A stretch of 64,000 bases of DNA from the human T2T-CHM13v2.0 reference genome, Homo sapiens, in assembly GCF_009914755.1 (NCBI RefSeq), contig NC_060925.1; one strand, 5' to 3'. Positions 1-13,230 of this stretch are shown piece after piece. Positions within the stretch are counted from its first letter, which is position 1; the number at the start of each line of letters is the position of its first letter. The position numbers and the translations under genes are program-made. A model generated the notes under the pieces. The model did no database searches, had not been told where the DNA came from, and worked only from the letters and a program-made list of their open reading frames with translations.

Positions 1-1543
1 TACTCCCCAGGTGCTTGCTCTGTCCCAGGGTCAGGTGGATTCCCCCACAACCGACTCCATGCGCAAGCCAGGCAGAGCCCACCTTTGCCCCCAGCCCTCA
101 CCTCATGGGAAATGCCATGGGGTAGAGGCTCTCTGGCAACACCTGACCAAGCACAAACAAGCCCAACCAGGCGTCCTGGAGCCCGCGGCCAATCCTGCTG
201 GTCTGTACGTGAAGGCTCAAAGGACTCTTGACTTGCTGCTGGGGTGAGCCCTCCACCCCACCCCAACCCATCCCACCCCCAGAACATATGGCCTGACAAC
301 CAGGAGTGTTTGGGCATGGCTAGCACGAGGAGGCACCTGGCCTGGCCCACCAATCTCCTCTCCCCAGGGATTTCCCAGCGTCAGTCCTGCAGCCACCGCT
401 GATGCTCTGGCTGCGGAAACCCGGGGTTGCCCGCGGGAGAAGGGGTGGCGGGTCCCAGGCTTCGGGCAGGGGGCGCCAGAGGACGCCCAGGAGCCCGGCC
501 GGCAGCTGGCGAGGCGGGCAGGCAGGCGGCATCTCTCGGCCCGGGCGCCCCTCCCCCCGGCGGGCAACAGACCCGTCGCCTGCTCTGCACGGGCCGCGGC
601 GCGGAGGACTTCCCCCGGCTGTGCCCTCGGACCAAGCTGACTGCGGGAGTGGCCGCCAACTTCACAGCCTACAACCCCCTCCGGATCATGCCGGCCCTGG
701 GGCTGCGGGAGGGTGCGTCTGGTGCCCAGCTCTATGACCAGGGGTGGGAGGATAGGGATGGGGGATGGACAGATAGACTCCGGCCAAAGATGGACACGGG
801 AGTCAGGGATGCGGGTCCAGTCGGGATCTCAGCTGGAGGGGAGGGGGCGCGGAGCAGACACGGGGGACACGGCCCCAATTCCAAGCTGGGGGGAGGGGAC
901 TTGCAGCAAGATTGGCGAGGGAAGGCGGGACTCCGGTCAGATAGATATGGGGGAGGGGGCGCTAGGGGCAGAAATAGAGAAGAAGCATGGTCGGGGTACA
1001 GGCGCGGGGGAGGGTAGAAACTATGGGCAGACATGGATGGGGACAGGAAAGACTCCGGGCAGTGATGAAGTGGAGGAGAGGAGCAGGGTCCGGCATTCAG
1101 ACCGTGACGGGAAATAGAGGGGGAGACACAGTTGAGCTGCAGGTTAATGGGGGGGCTCTAATAAAGGTGGGGGGCACACTGCCCGGATCCAGGCCGAGAT
1201 AGGGAAAGACTCGAGACAGCAAGCACGGTCTGTGTCAGAATTCTGGAGGGGGAGACTTTAGCATAGATGGGTAAGAGGGTCGGTCCAGGCTGGGGGAGGG
1301 GGGGGGCCGAGATTAGAGATTCACCAGCGATTAAGGGGGCCTCGGCCCTAGGTTTGGGAGTTCCCCAGAAGATGGGGGTGGGCGAACGCTGAACGAACTC
1401 AGTTCGGGCTGGGGGAGAATTCAGCAGAGACGGGTTAGGAGAGCGCCCCGAGTCCGGGCCGGTGCGGAAACTCGGGACCGCGCCGGCAGGGCTCGGTGCG
1501 AGGCCAGGTCGGGGTCTGGGGCCGAGCACTCACCTGGGCGCCG

Positions 1544-1603
1544 TCAGCAGCAGGAGCGGGGGCCGGCGCTGGCGGGGGCGGCCACGGGGCGCAAGTTTGC
1601 CAT
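1544..1603 (-). other. Upstream ORF (19 aa, MANLRPVAAPASAGPRSCC) in ADGRB2 exon 1
   Basis: ATG in strong Kozak context (GGGATGG); TGA 10 nt before the exon 1 donor. Confidence 0.55.
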
Positions 1604-1757
1604 CCCTAAGTCGGGGACCGGGCCGGGCGCAGGGTAGGTAGCTGCAGCCGCGCGGAGGGCCGAGGCTCCCGCTCTCCCGGGCGGCGGGTGCAGAAAAGGC
1701 GCCGCGGAGCAGCGCGGGGCGGGCGGGCGGGCGGCGCCGGGCCGGGCGCGGGCTCCT

Positions 1758-1778
1758 GCCGCCGCCGCCGCCGCCGCC
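1758..1778. repeat. (GCC)7 / (GGC)7 trinucleotide repeat in ADGRB2 5' region
   Basis: Direct reading; a shorter interrupted GCC run follows at ~1917-1935. Confidence 0.9.
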
Positions 1779-2329
1779 TCCTTGCCGCGCCGCCCCCCGC
1801 TCCCCCGCTCCCCCGCCCCGAGCACCGCCCGCGCCGCGCGCCGCCTCCTATTTGCGGGCGGCGGCCGCAGCCCCGGGCTCTGAGAGCCGGTGCCGCATCC
1901 TCTTCGGTCTCTGAGCGCCGCCGCCGCTGCCGCCGAACCCGGTTCCTCCGGCCGCTCCGGCCGCTGCCCGCAGCGCGCGCCGGGCCGAGTGACGGCCGAG
2001 GCGGGACGCGGCGCCTGCGCGGGCCGGGCCCGGGAGGGGGCGCGCGCCGGGCCGGGCGCGAGGAGCCGCGGGAGAAGGGGCGGGGGCGACGCGCGCCGCC
2101 TCCTGTTAAAGGGGGAACAGCGCCAGCCGAGCCGATCGTGCCCCCCACCTCCCCGCCTTGGGCCCCAGGCGCCGGCGCGGGAGAAGCCCTGGGTAAGCCC
2201 CCGCCCAGCCCGCTGCTTCTTGGACCGCAGAATGAGGCGATCCGCGACGCCCCTCCAGCTATACCCATGCCGGAGGCTTGTCGCGCCGCCAGGGTGTCCC
2301 GGGCCCTGCAGGCTGAAGCATTTGCTCAC

Positions 2330-2790
2330 CTTCCCATGTGCATTGCATATTGCATGTCCCTGTGCATGCAGGTGCCAGTCATGTGCGCTGAACTTTGCAT
2401 ATGCATACAGGTGCCCTAAGTGTGCACTGCCATGTTGCCTGGGTAGGTGCATGCAAGTGCCACACACATGCACGGTGTATTAACATGTGCCCAAGTCCTG
2501 AATGCATGTTGCTTGTTCCTGTGCGCAGGGATGTTATATGTATGCAAGCTTACAGGTGCCACATGTGTGCTGAGGACTGTGGGTAACTCATGTAGCAGCC
2601 ACATATGTATACTGCAATGTGACATGTTTGATGCATACTGTAAACTGCAATGTTGCACGTCCTTAGGCACGGGGATGCTACACGTGTGCAGTGTGTTACA
2701 TGTTTTCCTGAGTCCCTGTCTATTCCCACAAGTGCCTTTCCCTGTGCCAGGGGCGCCCCCATGTTGCATCTGTTTGTGTAGAAGCAGCAG
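2330..2790. repeat. TGCA/CATG-rich alternating purine-pyrimidine low-complexity tract
   Basis: Dense TGCA, CATG, TGTG and TATG words with very few CpG, abutting the CpG island. Confidence 0.7.
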
Positions 2791-3020
2791 AGATGTACAG
2801 ACCCACCCCTTCCCCATCTTGGCACTAAGCCCAGAAACAGTTGGGTGGGGCCTGAGCCCTCATGGTTCAGGCGGTACACAGGGAGATGCCCATGGTTCAG
2901 GGCTCTGGTCAGGCAGTTTGTGGCCTGGGCATGTTGCCATCAGTAAGGTAGGCCGACCAGGGACGCACCATTGCAGCCAACACAAGTAGGTTAATCCCAT
3001 GGCTTTGGTCAGAGGAGAAA

Positions 3021-3035
3021 CCAGCAGGGGGCAGC
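3021..3035 (+). promoter_or_regulatory. Candidate CTCF site
   Basis: CCAGCAGGGGGCAGC closely matches the CTCF core consensus. Confidence 0.55.
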
Positions 3036-5739
3036 TTTGCAATAAGGGTGGGATGGTTTCAGCTTTGCGATGAGGGTGGGATGGTTTCAGGACCATACTT
3101 TTTGAAGGTTCACTAGCCAGGAAGGGCCAAATTTTCAGTGCAAAGAAGTCCTCATTTCAGCAAATACCAACCCCACCTCTCCACTGATGCCCCTTAAGTT
3201 GTGGCACCCTCAAGATGGGGCAAGAAGAGAAAAGCCTACCTCTTCCCAGGGGCAGTACCAGGAAGAGGCATAGAACCGCCCTCTTTTCCCTCCTTCTGTC
3301 CCTCCCACCTCCAGCAGCCTCGGTGACATTTGTTGTGAGTGATTGTGAGAGATTATCAACTTTAATGGAAGGAGGTAATAAGGGACGATGAAGGAATCTC
3401 ACCTGTCACCTTAAGAGAATTTATGAGGCCTTATGAGGCAGGGAGGAGGGCTGGGCCGGCACCTTCCCTTTCGCTGCGGATGCCCAAGGAGGCCTGTGCC
3501 TTGGGCCTAGCACTGGCAAGCAAGGCTCCTAGGGTTTGCTAGGCACCCTCAAACACAGTCAGACATCTCTGGATTTCAAGGCTCAGCTACTATGTGAAAG
3601 CCAGGCCAGGCAGGCCTTGCCAGCTGCAAAGTATGTTGAAAGCCACCCCAGGGCAGTGGGAAATCCGGGCCCCCTCCTTACATGGGCACTGGGAGGGGGA
3701 ATGGGGTTGCTAGACTGGGGCTTCAAGGAGGTAGGCAAAAGTGGGGAAAATGGTGGAGACATGGGTTGCCCACAAGGATGCAAGCCCCTTAGAAATCTCC
3801 AGGACCCTGTCCAAAGCTCCAGCCCCCTCCTCTCCTACAGGGAGCTTGCTTCCCTCTTTTTGAATATTCATGATCATTAGCATATTAGATCAGAGAAACC
3901 TAGGCAGGTCTCTTGCAGATGTGATGCAGCTGGATGCCTGAGGCCCCCCCTCCTCCTTCCCCAGGAGGCAGCTGGGTGAGAGGTGATGGGAGGGACTGGC
4001 CCCAGATCGACAGCAGCGTTTTTGTCTGTCTCTCTGTTCCTCGCTAGCCCTCTGACTTCTTGATCCCTTCTATCAGCCACAAAAATGTACGCCCAAGGAA
4101 GCATAGGTAGACAGAGTGAGGGACTGACAGAGATGGTGTCCCTTAGCCGGGGGCTCAGTAGGGGCAAGGTGGGGAGGTCAGCAAGGCAAAGGGGGTTGTG
4201 GGAGCTGTGTGGGGAGAGCAGGACCTCCCCAGGGTTGTACAGGAGTGAGCAGGCGAGACTAGGGCTGACCTCTGGAAGGCTCTCCCTGGAGGCACCTCTC
4301 TGCATCAGGGTTTCCCCACCTCCTTTCCCAGGAGCCCCTGCCCTTCCAGACTCACTCTGGTAATAATGCCGCCCAGGAGGACTTGGAGTAATTACAAATC
4401 GTTTCCATATTCAAATCCAGCTGGTTGAAGATAAATTACTTCTCTGATGCTCAGGCGGGGGTGAAAAGAGCAAGCCTTAGCCCCAGGAGGGGCCTCCAGG
4501 GAGCCTGGGGCAGAGACTGGGCATGGGAAGGGGCACCGGCCAGAGCTTGAGCACAGAGGGCTTGAGCAGAATAAAGGGACATCCCTCTGAACCCCCTAAG
4601 CTGGACCAAGGACAATCACTTCAGCCCTTTAGCCCCATTGGGGCCCCCTCTGGAACCTCTGATGGGATTATGGGGATCCACTCCACAAGGGCAACTGCCT
4701 TGCTGTCACCCTGCCATGCTAGATGACCTTGAGAAAGTCCCTTCAGCTTTCTGGGCCTCTGTTTCCTTATCTGGGAAATGGTATAAATGATCTCAGTCTG
4801 TGATCCAGTGAGATAAAAGATGGATTAGCAAGGGTTACGTCCCTGAAGGGGCCTTTGTAAGTAATTATTTTATTACCAATTAATTAATATTTTTGTCAAC
4901 AATAACAACCATCAATGGCCCAGTTGGAAGGCAGACAGCCCTCAAGGCCTAAGCCGGTGGGGCTGCTCAGGAGAGGATGGTGTGTCGAGGAAGGGAGCTG
5001 CCCTGGCCTCACCCGCTTGGCCTCAGCCTTGCCTCCTGCTGGGCTGGCCGCTGCTATGCTTCGTTGCCCTTTAAACAGATGAGAAAATGTTCTTCTTCCC
5101 TTCCCAATGATTTATTTGGCCCAGAGCCTAGGCAGGTTTCCTTCCAGCCAGTGGGACCTAGGAGCACCCCTCACTCAGCCCTGTTCACCACTGCCGTTCA
5201 ACTAGGCACCATCCAGGGCCACCCAAAGCTGTGGGTGCCAAGGTCTCCTTCCAGTCCCGCTCCTACCCCATACACCTATCAGGCGCTCATAACCTGTCCC
5301 TAAAGACACCCAAATCCATGTGACAATCTTCTGCCCCAGAGTTCCTATGACCAACACCTGAGAGCTCTGAATGGCATGCATCCTGGAGGCCATCCTGGAA
5401 AAGGTAGACTGGCCTTCTCTGCCTGTGGGAAATCCTTCATGTCTAGCTTCCATCCTTCCTGCTGCAGATGCCAAAGGGGTTAGGAGCCTGGGGCAACCCA
5501 GGTAGGGTGTTTGTCATTTTCTTGCTGCTGCAGATTGGGGAAAGAAGAGAGGATGCGTTGCTCACTAGCCAAATCTTCCCAGAAATGCCTGGTTTGTGTG
5601 CAACTCCTTGAGCAGCACCTGCATTCTCTGGCCCCTGGCCCCTAGGGCAGAGGATAGAGCAGCCCTTTAGGGTCTTGGGTGATCTTTACATACATGCCTT
5701 ATACCAGAGGATGCACACAAGTGTATATAGAGCCTGGCG

Positions 5740-6520
5740 CCTTTATTCATTTATTCAACAAATATTTATTGAGTCTACTATGTTCTAGGCACTGGGATCC
5801 CGGCCATCAGCAAGTCTTGTTGCTTCTACCTCCCAAAATATCCCACATCTATCCACTCGTTACATCCCCACTGCCAACAGGGGAGTCCACGCCACCATCA
5901 TCCAGTGCCCAGATTCTCCCTTACTTAATTTCTGGGCTTCCACTCCTACCTCCCCCACCTCAGTCCATTCTCCTGGAGCCCACTGAACTGAGCCATCTCT
6001 TTAAAAGTGTAAATCAGGGCACCTCTTAAGCCTGCTAGTGGCTTCCCACTGCACTTGACAATGTGGCCTTCCAGACCCTGCATAGCCTGGCCCTTAGCAG
6101 CCTTTCAGACCCATCTCCAGTCCCCTACCCCCACCCCACACCATGCTGCAGCCACAGAGTTCTCCTTGCTGCTCTTAGAAAACTCCAAACCCTTCCCCCG
6201 GCAATTCCCATGGCTGACTCCTTATCAAGAAGGTCTCAGCTCCAAGGTCACTTCCTCCAGGGAGCCTCCCCTGACCACACCTCTAAAATAGCCCTACCCC
6301 ACCCCCAGTTGCTTCATCCCATACCCCTGTTATATTTCCTTGGCAATACTCATTGCTCTGAAAATATGTTGTTTATTTACACACATGTAACTTGTTGCCC
6401 CCCTGGACTGTGAGTTCTGTGAAGTCAGGGACCTTGTCCATCCATTCACAGCTGGGGCCCGTGGCACCCACCACCAGGTACAAGGTAAGTAGTCAGCAAA
6501 TATTCACTGAGTGAATGAAT
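5740..6520. mobile_element. LINE-2 fragments
   Basis: L2 3' signatures (ttcattcaacaaatatttattgag...; ...aaatattcactgagtgaatgaat). Confidence 0.65.
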
Positions 6521-6629
6521 GGTGAAATGGCAAGCAGACACCTTGCCCTCACAGAGCTTTTGATCTGTGACTCTTGACTGATGTTTGTGCAGTAAAACAC
6601 TGGTTCACAGTTTCCCATGTGATGAACCA

Positions 6630-6830
6630 GAAGACTTCAGGCTCCGAAGCCACACAGATCTGGATTCCTGCCTCTGTCCCCTCACCGGTTGTGTGACCTT
6701 GGGCAGATCACTTATGATATCCAAGCCTCAGTTTTCTCTTCTGTAAAATGGAAACAATGATTCCAACTTAGCAGAGCTGATGTGGGTCATATCAGATGAA
6801 AAAGAGGAAGTGTCTCACACAGTGCTATGC
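6630..6830 (+). mobile_element. MIR
   Basis: Core tgtgtgaccttgggcag...cctcagttttctcttctgtaaaatgg. Confidence 0.7.
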
Positions 6831-8589
6831 CCAGATGTCATCTGCATGTAGATGTCATCTGCATGAATGTGGGCCCGTTTCAGACTTACTAGGACTATGA
6901 GCTGTTCCAGGTTCTGGGGACACAGAGATAACTCAGAATTGGGGCCCTGACCTTAACACCTTCCCAGCAACCCCCATATCCCCAAAAGGGAGAGAGGTGT
7001 ACCAGTGGGAGCTCTTTTCTGCTGAGATCATTGCAGATAAGGAGGCAGGAGCCAAGGTTTTGCCAGTGTGATGGGGACAGTGTGTGGGGGGGATCCCTGC
7101 AGAGAAACTGAATCTGGATCCACTTCTCTGCAGCACCTCTTCTCCTTATTTGGAAGTTCCTCTTCCTTTTCAGCCTTCCATGTCTGTGTAAACACACACA
7201 CACACCATTCATGTACAGATAAAGCCATATCTACACACTGACACAGTTGCTGGCCCATAGACGTATACACTTGACACAACCCCAGGACATAAGTCCCCTC
7301 CATTTTTCTGGTCCGATGGGTATCTCTCTGGCTTATTTATTAGTCCCATCACCTCTGGCTCTAGACTGAGGTCAGACACAGTCCCTCACAGGAGGGAGCC
7401 CAGGCACTCCCCCTTGGTAAATTCTTCCTGAGGTCTAATCCCACACTCCCCTGCTATAGGTCTTAAGGTCAGTGAGCCCTGGCAGCCATTCCAGACGGCC
7501 GGGGATGACAGCACCATACCCTGTACCCACACCCGAGGCTGGTGGATATTCAGGGGGGCGGAGGCGCCTGAGAAGAGCTGCTCCCAGCTTCCTGCCATGG
7601 GCGGGGGTGAGGAGCATCCCTCAGGGAGGGGCTGGGACGCTCTCAGCAGGCATGGGGCACGCTGGCAGTGGGGGAGGGCCCGTGTGTTCCACCGCCTGGG
7701 ATGCCCCAGGTCCTCTCTCCTGGGCTCTGTGCCACCTGGATCCTGCTGAACTGGGCTTGTGCCAAGCAGGACACATGGGCTTAGCAGGCAGGGGTGCAGG
7801 GACCTAGAGGTTTGGAGGCACTGGCTTATCCAGCCAAGCCCCTCTGTGGGCCTGACACTCTTCCAGCTGCTCTGCACCTATTGTTCAAATGATCCCTCAG
7901 AACAACCCTTGCAATCGGTCTGGTCACCCGCATGTCACAGATAAGGAAGCTGCTTTACAGAGAGACTGAGACAAGAGCCAGGCCTCTGCCCCATTCAGGG
8001 TTTGCTAGAGGCCCTGCTTCAGTTCTGCCTCATCCTGCCTCGGCCTGGTCCTCCTTGCCACCTCCCAGAGGACAGACCAAGCACCAACTTTTGAAACAAT
8101 TTATTTCGGGATTAGAGTTGATCTTCCAAAGAAGACCAGCTCCCTCGGGGTGAGAGATTTGGTCGGTGGGGGTCTGACTCCCAGGGCTCGACACCTGCTA
8201 GAAGAGGCTGAGGCTGGACACCTAGGTTTTGGGGGAGGCAACCAGAGTTGCTGAGGGTGCTGAGAAGGACAAAATGCAGGACCAGTGACACCTACATGCC
8301 TCCTTGGTTGGCACAACCACACTTCTTACAGGACCACACGATGACACACCCCAGGAGGACATCTGTCCCTCTTGCTGGAGAGAAACGTACACTAACTCAT
8401 GCTGGCAATAAAGCAATCACTGCAGGGTTGTGGGGGTTGCTTCTGGCTTACCACCAACCCTGGCACAACTCTGACCTCAGAGGGTCCCAGGCTTGGGGGT
8501 GAAGCCTGTGGATGGGGTGGGGGTAGGGGTGTAAGATTCCCGAGCCTTGTGGTTAGAGGGAAGGGCCCTGGAGCACCTCGCCAAGTGAG

Positions 8590-9006
8590 TGTTCTGTGTG
8601 TCAGAGTGGGAGTGAGTGGGGCTGAGCTCCGGTACACGTGTGGGTGGTTGTGTGCGTCAATGTGTAGGGGGAGAGTCTGTGTGTGTATATGGTGTGCCTG
8701 TGTGCAGGTTTCGTGTGTGTCTGCCTAGGCTTTGTACGTCAGAAGCCTGGACCTGGCTCTGGGATCTCTGCTGCGTGTGCGTGTGTGTGCCTTTGTTTGC
8801 AGGGTATGTGGTGTATTCATGCATTTCTTTCTGTGTCTGTGCGTGTGTGTGGTGTAGAATGCATACACACCTACGATGCTGGGGTTTGGCATCCACTCAG
8901 TGTCTGGGCGAATGTGAGGTGTATTGACAGGGCAGTGTTTGCGTGTCATTGGAGTTTGTGTGCAGCCAGAGTGTGATGTTTCCTGGGGTTCAGTGTGTGC
9001 CTGAAC

Positions 9007-9048
<42 letters not shown>

Positions 9049-9280
9049 AAAGTGTTTGCAGGCCTGTGTGTGTCTGTGCCTTTGGTTAGTCAGGGTGCCT
9101 GGCATTTGCAGGCCCAAGTGTGACTGCGTCTGCATGTCAGTGGTATGTGTCTGTGCCAGCCTGTGGTGCGTGTCTCTGTGTGTGCCTGGCAATGCTGGCA
9201 GGCCCTCGACTTCCAGTGAGGTCTGTGTGTGATACTGTTGGGTATGTGTCTCTGGGTGTCCTATATCTGTGTCTGGATGA
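8590..9280. repeat. GT-rich low-complexity region including a (TG)n microsatellite at ~9008-9047
   Basis: Direct reading. Confidence 0.85.
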
Positions 9281-9589
9281 GGGGTTTGGATCCACTGTGG
9301 TGCATGTCTGCAGATCTGTACCTGTGGCCTTGGGATTCTTGTCTTTGGAGACTTTGGGAACTAATCCTTCCCTGGAAGCCCCCCACCCCCTCCTATTCCC
9401 AGGCCGAATCCTCCATCGGGCCCTCCCTTACAACAAGATTGGCCAGCTTGGAGCCTGACTTTCCACTGGAGGTCCCGCTCCTGAGGGAACCCTGAGGCTG
9501 CACAGCCACCGGATCAAGGTCACATATGGGGGGACAGAGGCTCCCACTCCTATGGTGCCCTTACCCCTTACCCTCACAAAGGGCCCCAC

Positions 9590-10700
9590 CGCCGGAAGCC
9601 GCCCGCGCTCCCACACCTTGTGCAGGTCTCCCCTGAAATGAATTTTAATTTCCGCTGAGGGCAGGCGGCGTCGTGAGTCCTGAGCCCGTGGCGGCGGCGG
9701 CGGCGCGGGTGTGGGGCCGCGCGGCCGGGAGCGGGCGGAAGAGAGCGCGAATTTGAATTTCAAAGGCATCTGGAACCCAAGTGCTTCTGCGTTGCCCGAT
9801 TGTGTGTGTGGCGCTTTTGTGTGTCCGCGAATGCGCGCGTGCGTGTGTGGCGTGTGTCTGGGTGTTTTATGACTGTCCTCCGTGAGGCCGTGTGTGAGCC
9901 CTTGCGTGGGCCGTGAGTGCGGCAGGGAGCGCGGTGTCCGGGGGCCGCCTGTCGGTGTGTCTGTGCGTGCTTGTGCGCTAGCCTTTGCCTCTGCGAGTGC
10001 GTATTTTTAGGACCGAGTCTGTCTATATGAGCCTGTGTCTGTGTGTGTGCGCTCCCGGCCCTGCGTGTGTCTGTGAGCGTCTGCCGGGGCGCGTGTGTGC
10101 TCGGAACCCCGCGGTGGTGTGCGGGTGTGTCCGTGTGTCTGTGCACGTGCAGGCGAGCGTTCCCATCTGTGTGTGTGCATCTGAGTCTGGGCTATGTGTG
10201 ACTCAGGGACCAGTCTATGAGCCTGCCTGTGCCTTTGAGCCGATACCTGTGTGTGACTCAGGGACGAGTCTATGAGCCGATACCTGTGTGTGCTTGGGTG
10301 TCTGTGTCGTGGTGTGTCCCTGCAAGCGTTTGTGCCTGCAGGTGCTGGAGTGTGTAGCTGTGGGAATGAGTGCGTGTGAGTGTGCGGAAGGGGCACCGCG
10401 CGAGGGAGCGCCGGTGCGGAAGGCTAAGCGAGCCCGCGCCCTCCACGGACGGTGCCGCCACCCCCTCCCTCCGCCCCGCGCTATGTGCCCCTGTGTGCCC
10501 GCGCCGCCGGGGCCGTCTCTGGGCTCCGGGAGGGGGCTGAGCGAGCGGCCCTTTCCTCCCAGGGACCCCGGGCCCGCCGCCAGCCCTGGGCACACCCGCC
10601 CCTTCCTCCAGCGGCCCCGCTCGCTGACCCACGGGCACTCGATGGGCACTCGGGAGGCAATGGCCGGAGAGGATGGGCAGTTAGCGGGAGGGACTGAGTG
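9590..10700. promoter_or_regulatory. Intergenic CpG-rich island split by a GT-rich tract (promoter/enhancer-like)
   Basis: CpG-dense blocks 9590-9900 and 10390-10700, GGC repeats, GC boxes. Confidence 0.65.
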
Positions 10701-11689
10701 GCGCCGGCTTCACGCTCATTCTGCTGAGGGCTTGGGGGCAGCTCATCAGTCTTCCGCAATGGGCCTGCTCGCTGTGAGATCTTCGCTGTCTTGTGGCTGA
10801 GCTGGAGACTCAAGCTAGAGTGCAGGAGGGACCACCCGCGTCCGAGGCAGCGCCATCCCTGAGCAGATGCATGCACACGCTGCCATAATTCAGACACACC
10901 ACATTCCCCAGCACAGTTGACCCAGCACAGAAGTCTGGGACAGGCCCCTAACATCGGGCTCAGGGACAAGCCCACCAGTGCACACCCAGGAGTGCACACA
11001 TACACACACACACACACACCCCTGACCCAGAGACTCAGCAAGTCTGTGCACACCCCACACTCAAACAACCCCATTTCTCCCTGGATCTTGGACCCTGTGG
11101 GGTGAAGAAGGCCAAGACTCAGAAGTCCCAGAGAATAAGGGCAGCCTTGAGTCACTCAGTGTCCCCTCTACTCTGATGGGCTTTGGAGAACCAGAGGTGG
11201 TTCACCCTACATCCTACCTCCCTGAAGCTCTCAGTCAAGGGTTAGCAGGAAAAAGCAGACCCCAAATCCAGTCATTTCCATCAGGTGCCACACCACAGCC
11301 AGAAGCAGGCAAGGGTCAGGGGCTGCCTCTTCATGGGGATGCTCCCCCCGCCAACCCCCCGCCACAGAAAACTGTCTGGGCACAGGGAGGTGATGTCAGG
11401 ATGTCCAAAGGACAGTAAAGGAGGAACTACAGATGGAATGATGGTTTCGCGGCCTCCTTCCCTGCCAGATTGGGAGCATTTCGAGAAGAGGTGTGGGCTG
11501 ACTCCTCCCAGTAATGCTCAGCTACAGGCCTGGCACCAAGGGTCTGCTCCATTTAAAACACTTATTGACGGAATGAAGGAAAGAAGTCAATGAGTCAGAG
11601 AATGCAGGACCACTTAAGAAGGGAGTGAGCACTGTACAGAAGAGGCAGAAATAGTATACCCAGGCTGTATGCATGGCTGTGTGCGTGTG

Positions 11690-12900
<1,211 letters not shown>

Positions 12901-13026
12901 GGAGTGGAGACCATGTGACTAATGTGGTGTCCCCAGAATGGTCCTGAGAACAGCTGCTCCCCCTCCCAATCCTACCCAGCTGCCGGGGATAAAGCTGGGG
13001 CTATTTCATCACATTTCAGACGGGTT

Positions 13027-13230
13027 CAGTGGTATGCTGGTACAATTTAACAACTGGCTTGGGGGCGGGGAAGTGCAGCCCTGATTTGCAGCATTTGCCA
13101 ATTTCCATGGTGTAAATCCTCCCATGATGGCCAATTTACATTACCAATGTGAAGTTAACTGGCTGGCAAAATTCCTAAGAATTTAACAGTCAGCTCTCAC
13201 AAGCTGGTATGGGCTGGCTCTAGCACCTTC
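13027..13230. mobile_element. hAT DNA transposon remnant (MER63-like)
   Basis: cagtggtatgctgg... terminus and ccctgatttgcagcatttgcc...catggtgtaaa internal words recalled from the MER63 family. Confidence 0.5.

Larger units (their letters stand above)
1534..1990 (-). other. ADGRB2: Non-coding first exon (5' UTR) of ADGRB2/BAI2; TSS approximate
   Basis: Consensus donor CAG|GTGAGT on minus strand (intron starts at 1533) inside the CpG island. Rest of the gene lies left of the window. The 5' boundary is an estimate. Confidence 0.7.
380..2310. promoter_or_regulatory. ADGRB2: CpG island / promoter of ADGRB2 (densest at ~1440-2310)
   Basis: Very high GC and CpG density, many GGGCGG boxes. Gene identity comes from known synteny next to the SPOCD1 3' end, not from coding sequence. 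Confidence 0.8.

Noticed and set aside
381-2483. Many long overlapping ORFs (up to 309 aa) on both strands
   Set aside because: Expected from stop-codon scarcity in a CpG island; Ala/Arg/Gly/Pro-rich with no recognisable domain or splice-consistent structure.
3047-3090. Short tandem duplications (also ~6833-6865 and ~56701-56753)
   Set aside because: Ordinary 16-18 bp slippage duplications with no further structure.
5740-6520. Oppositely oriented L2 tails as a second hairpin
   Set aside because: Short, diverged complementarity ~750 bp apart; ordinary L2 debris.
8600-10400. Cys/Val- and His/Thr-rich ORFs
   Set aside because: Translations of TG/CA low-complexity DNA.
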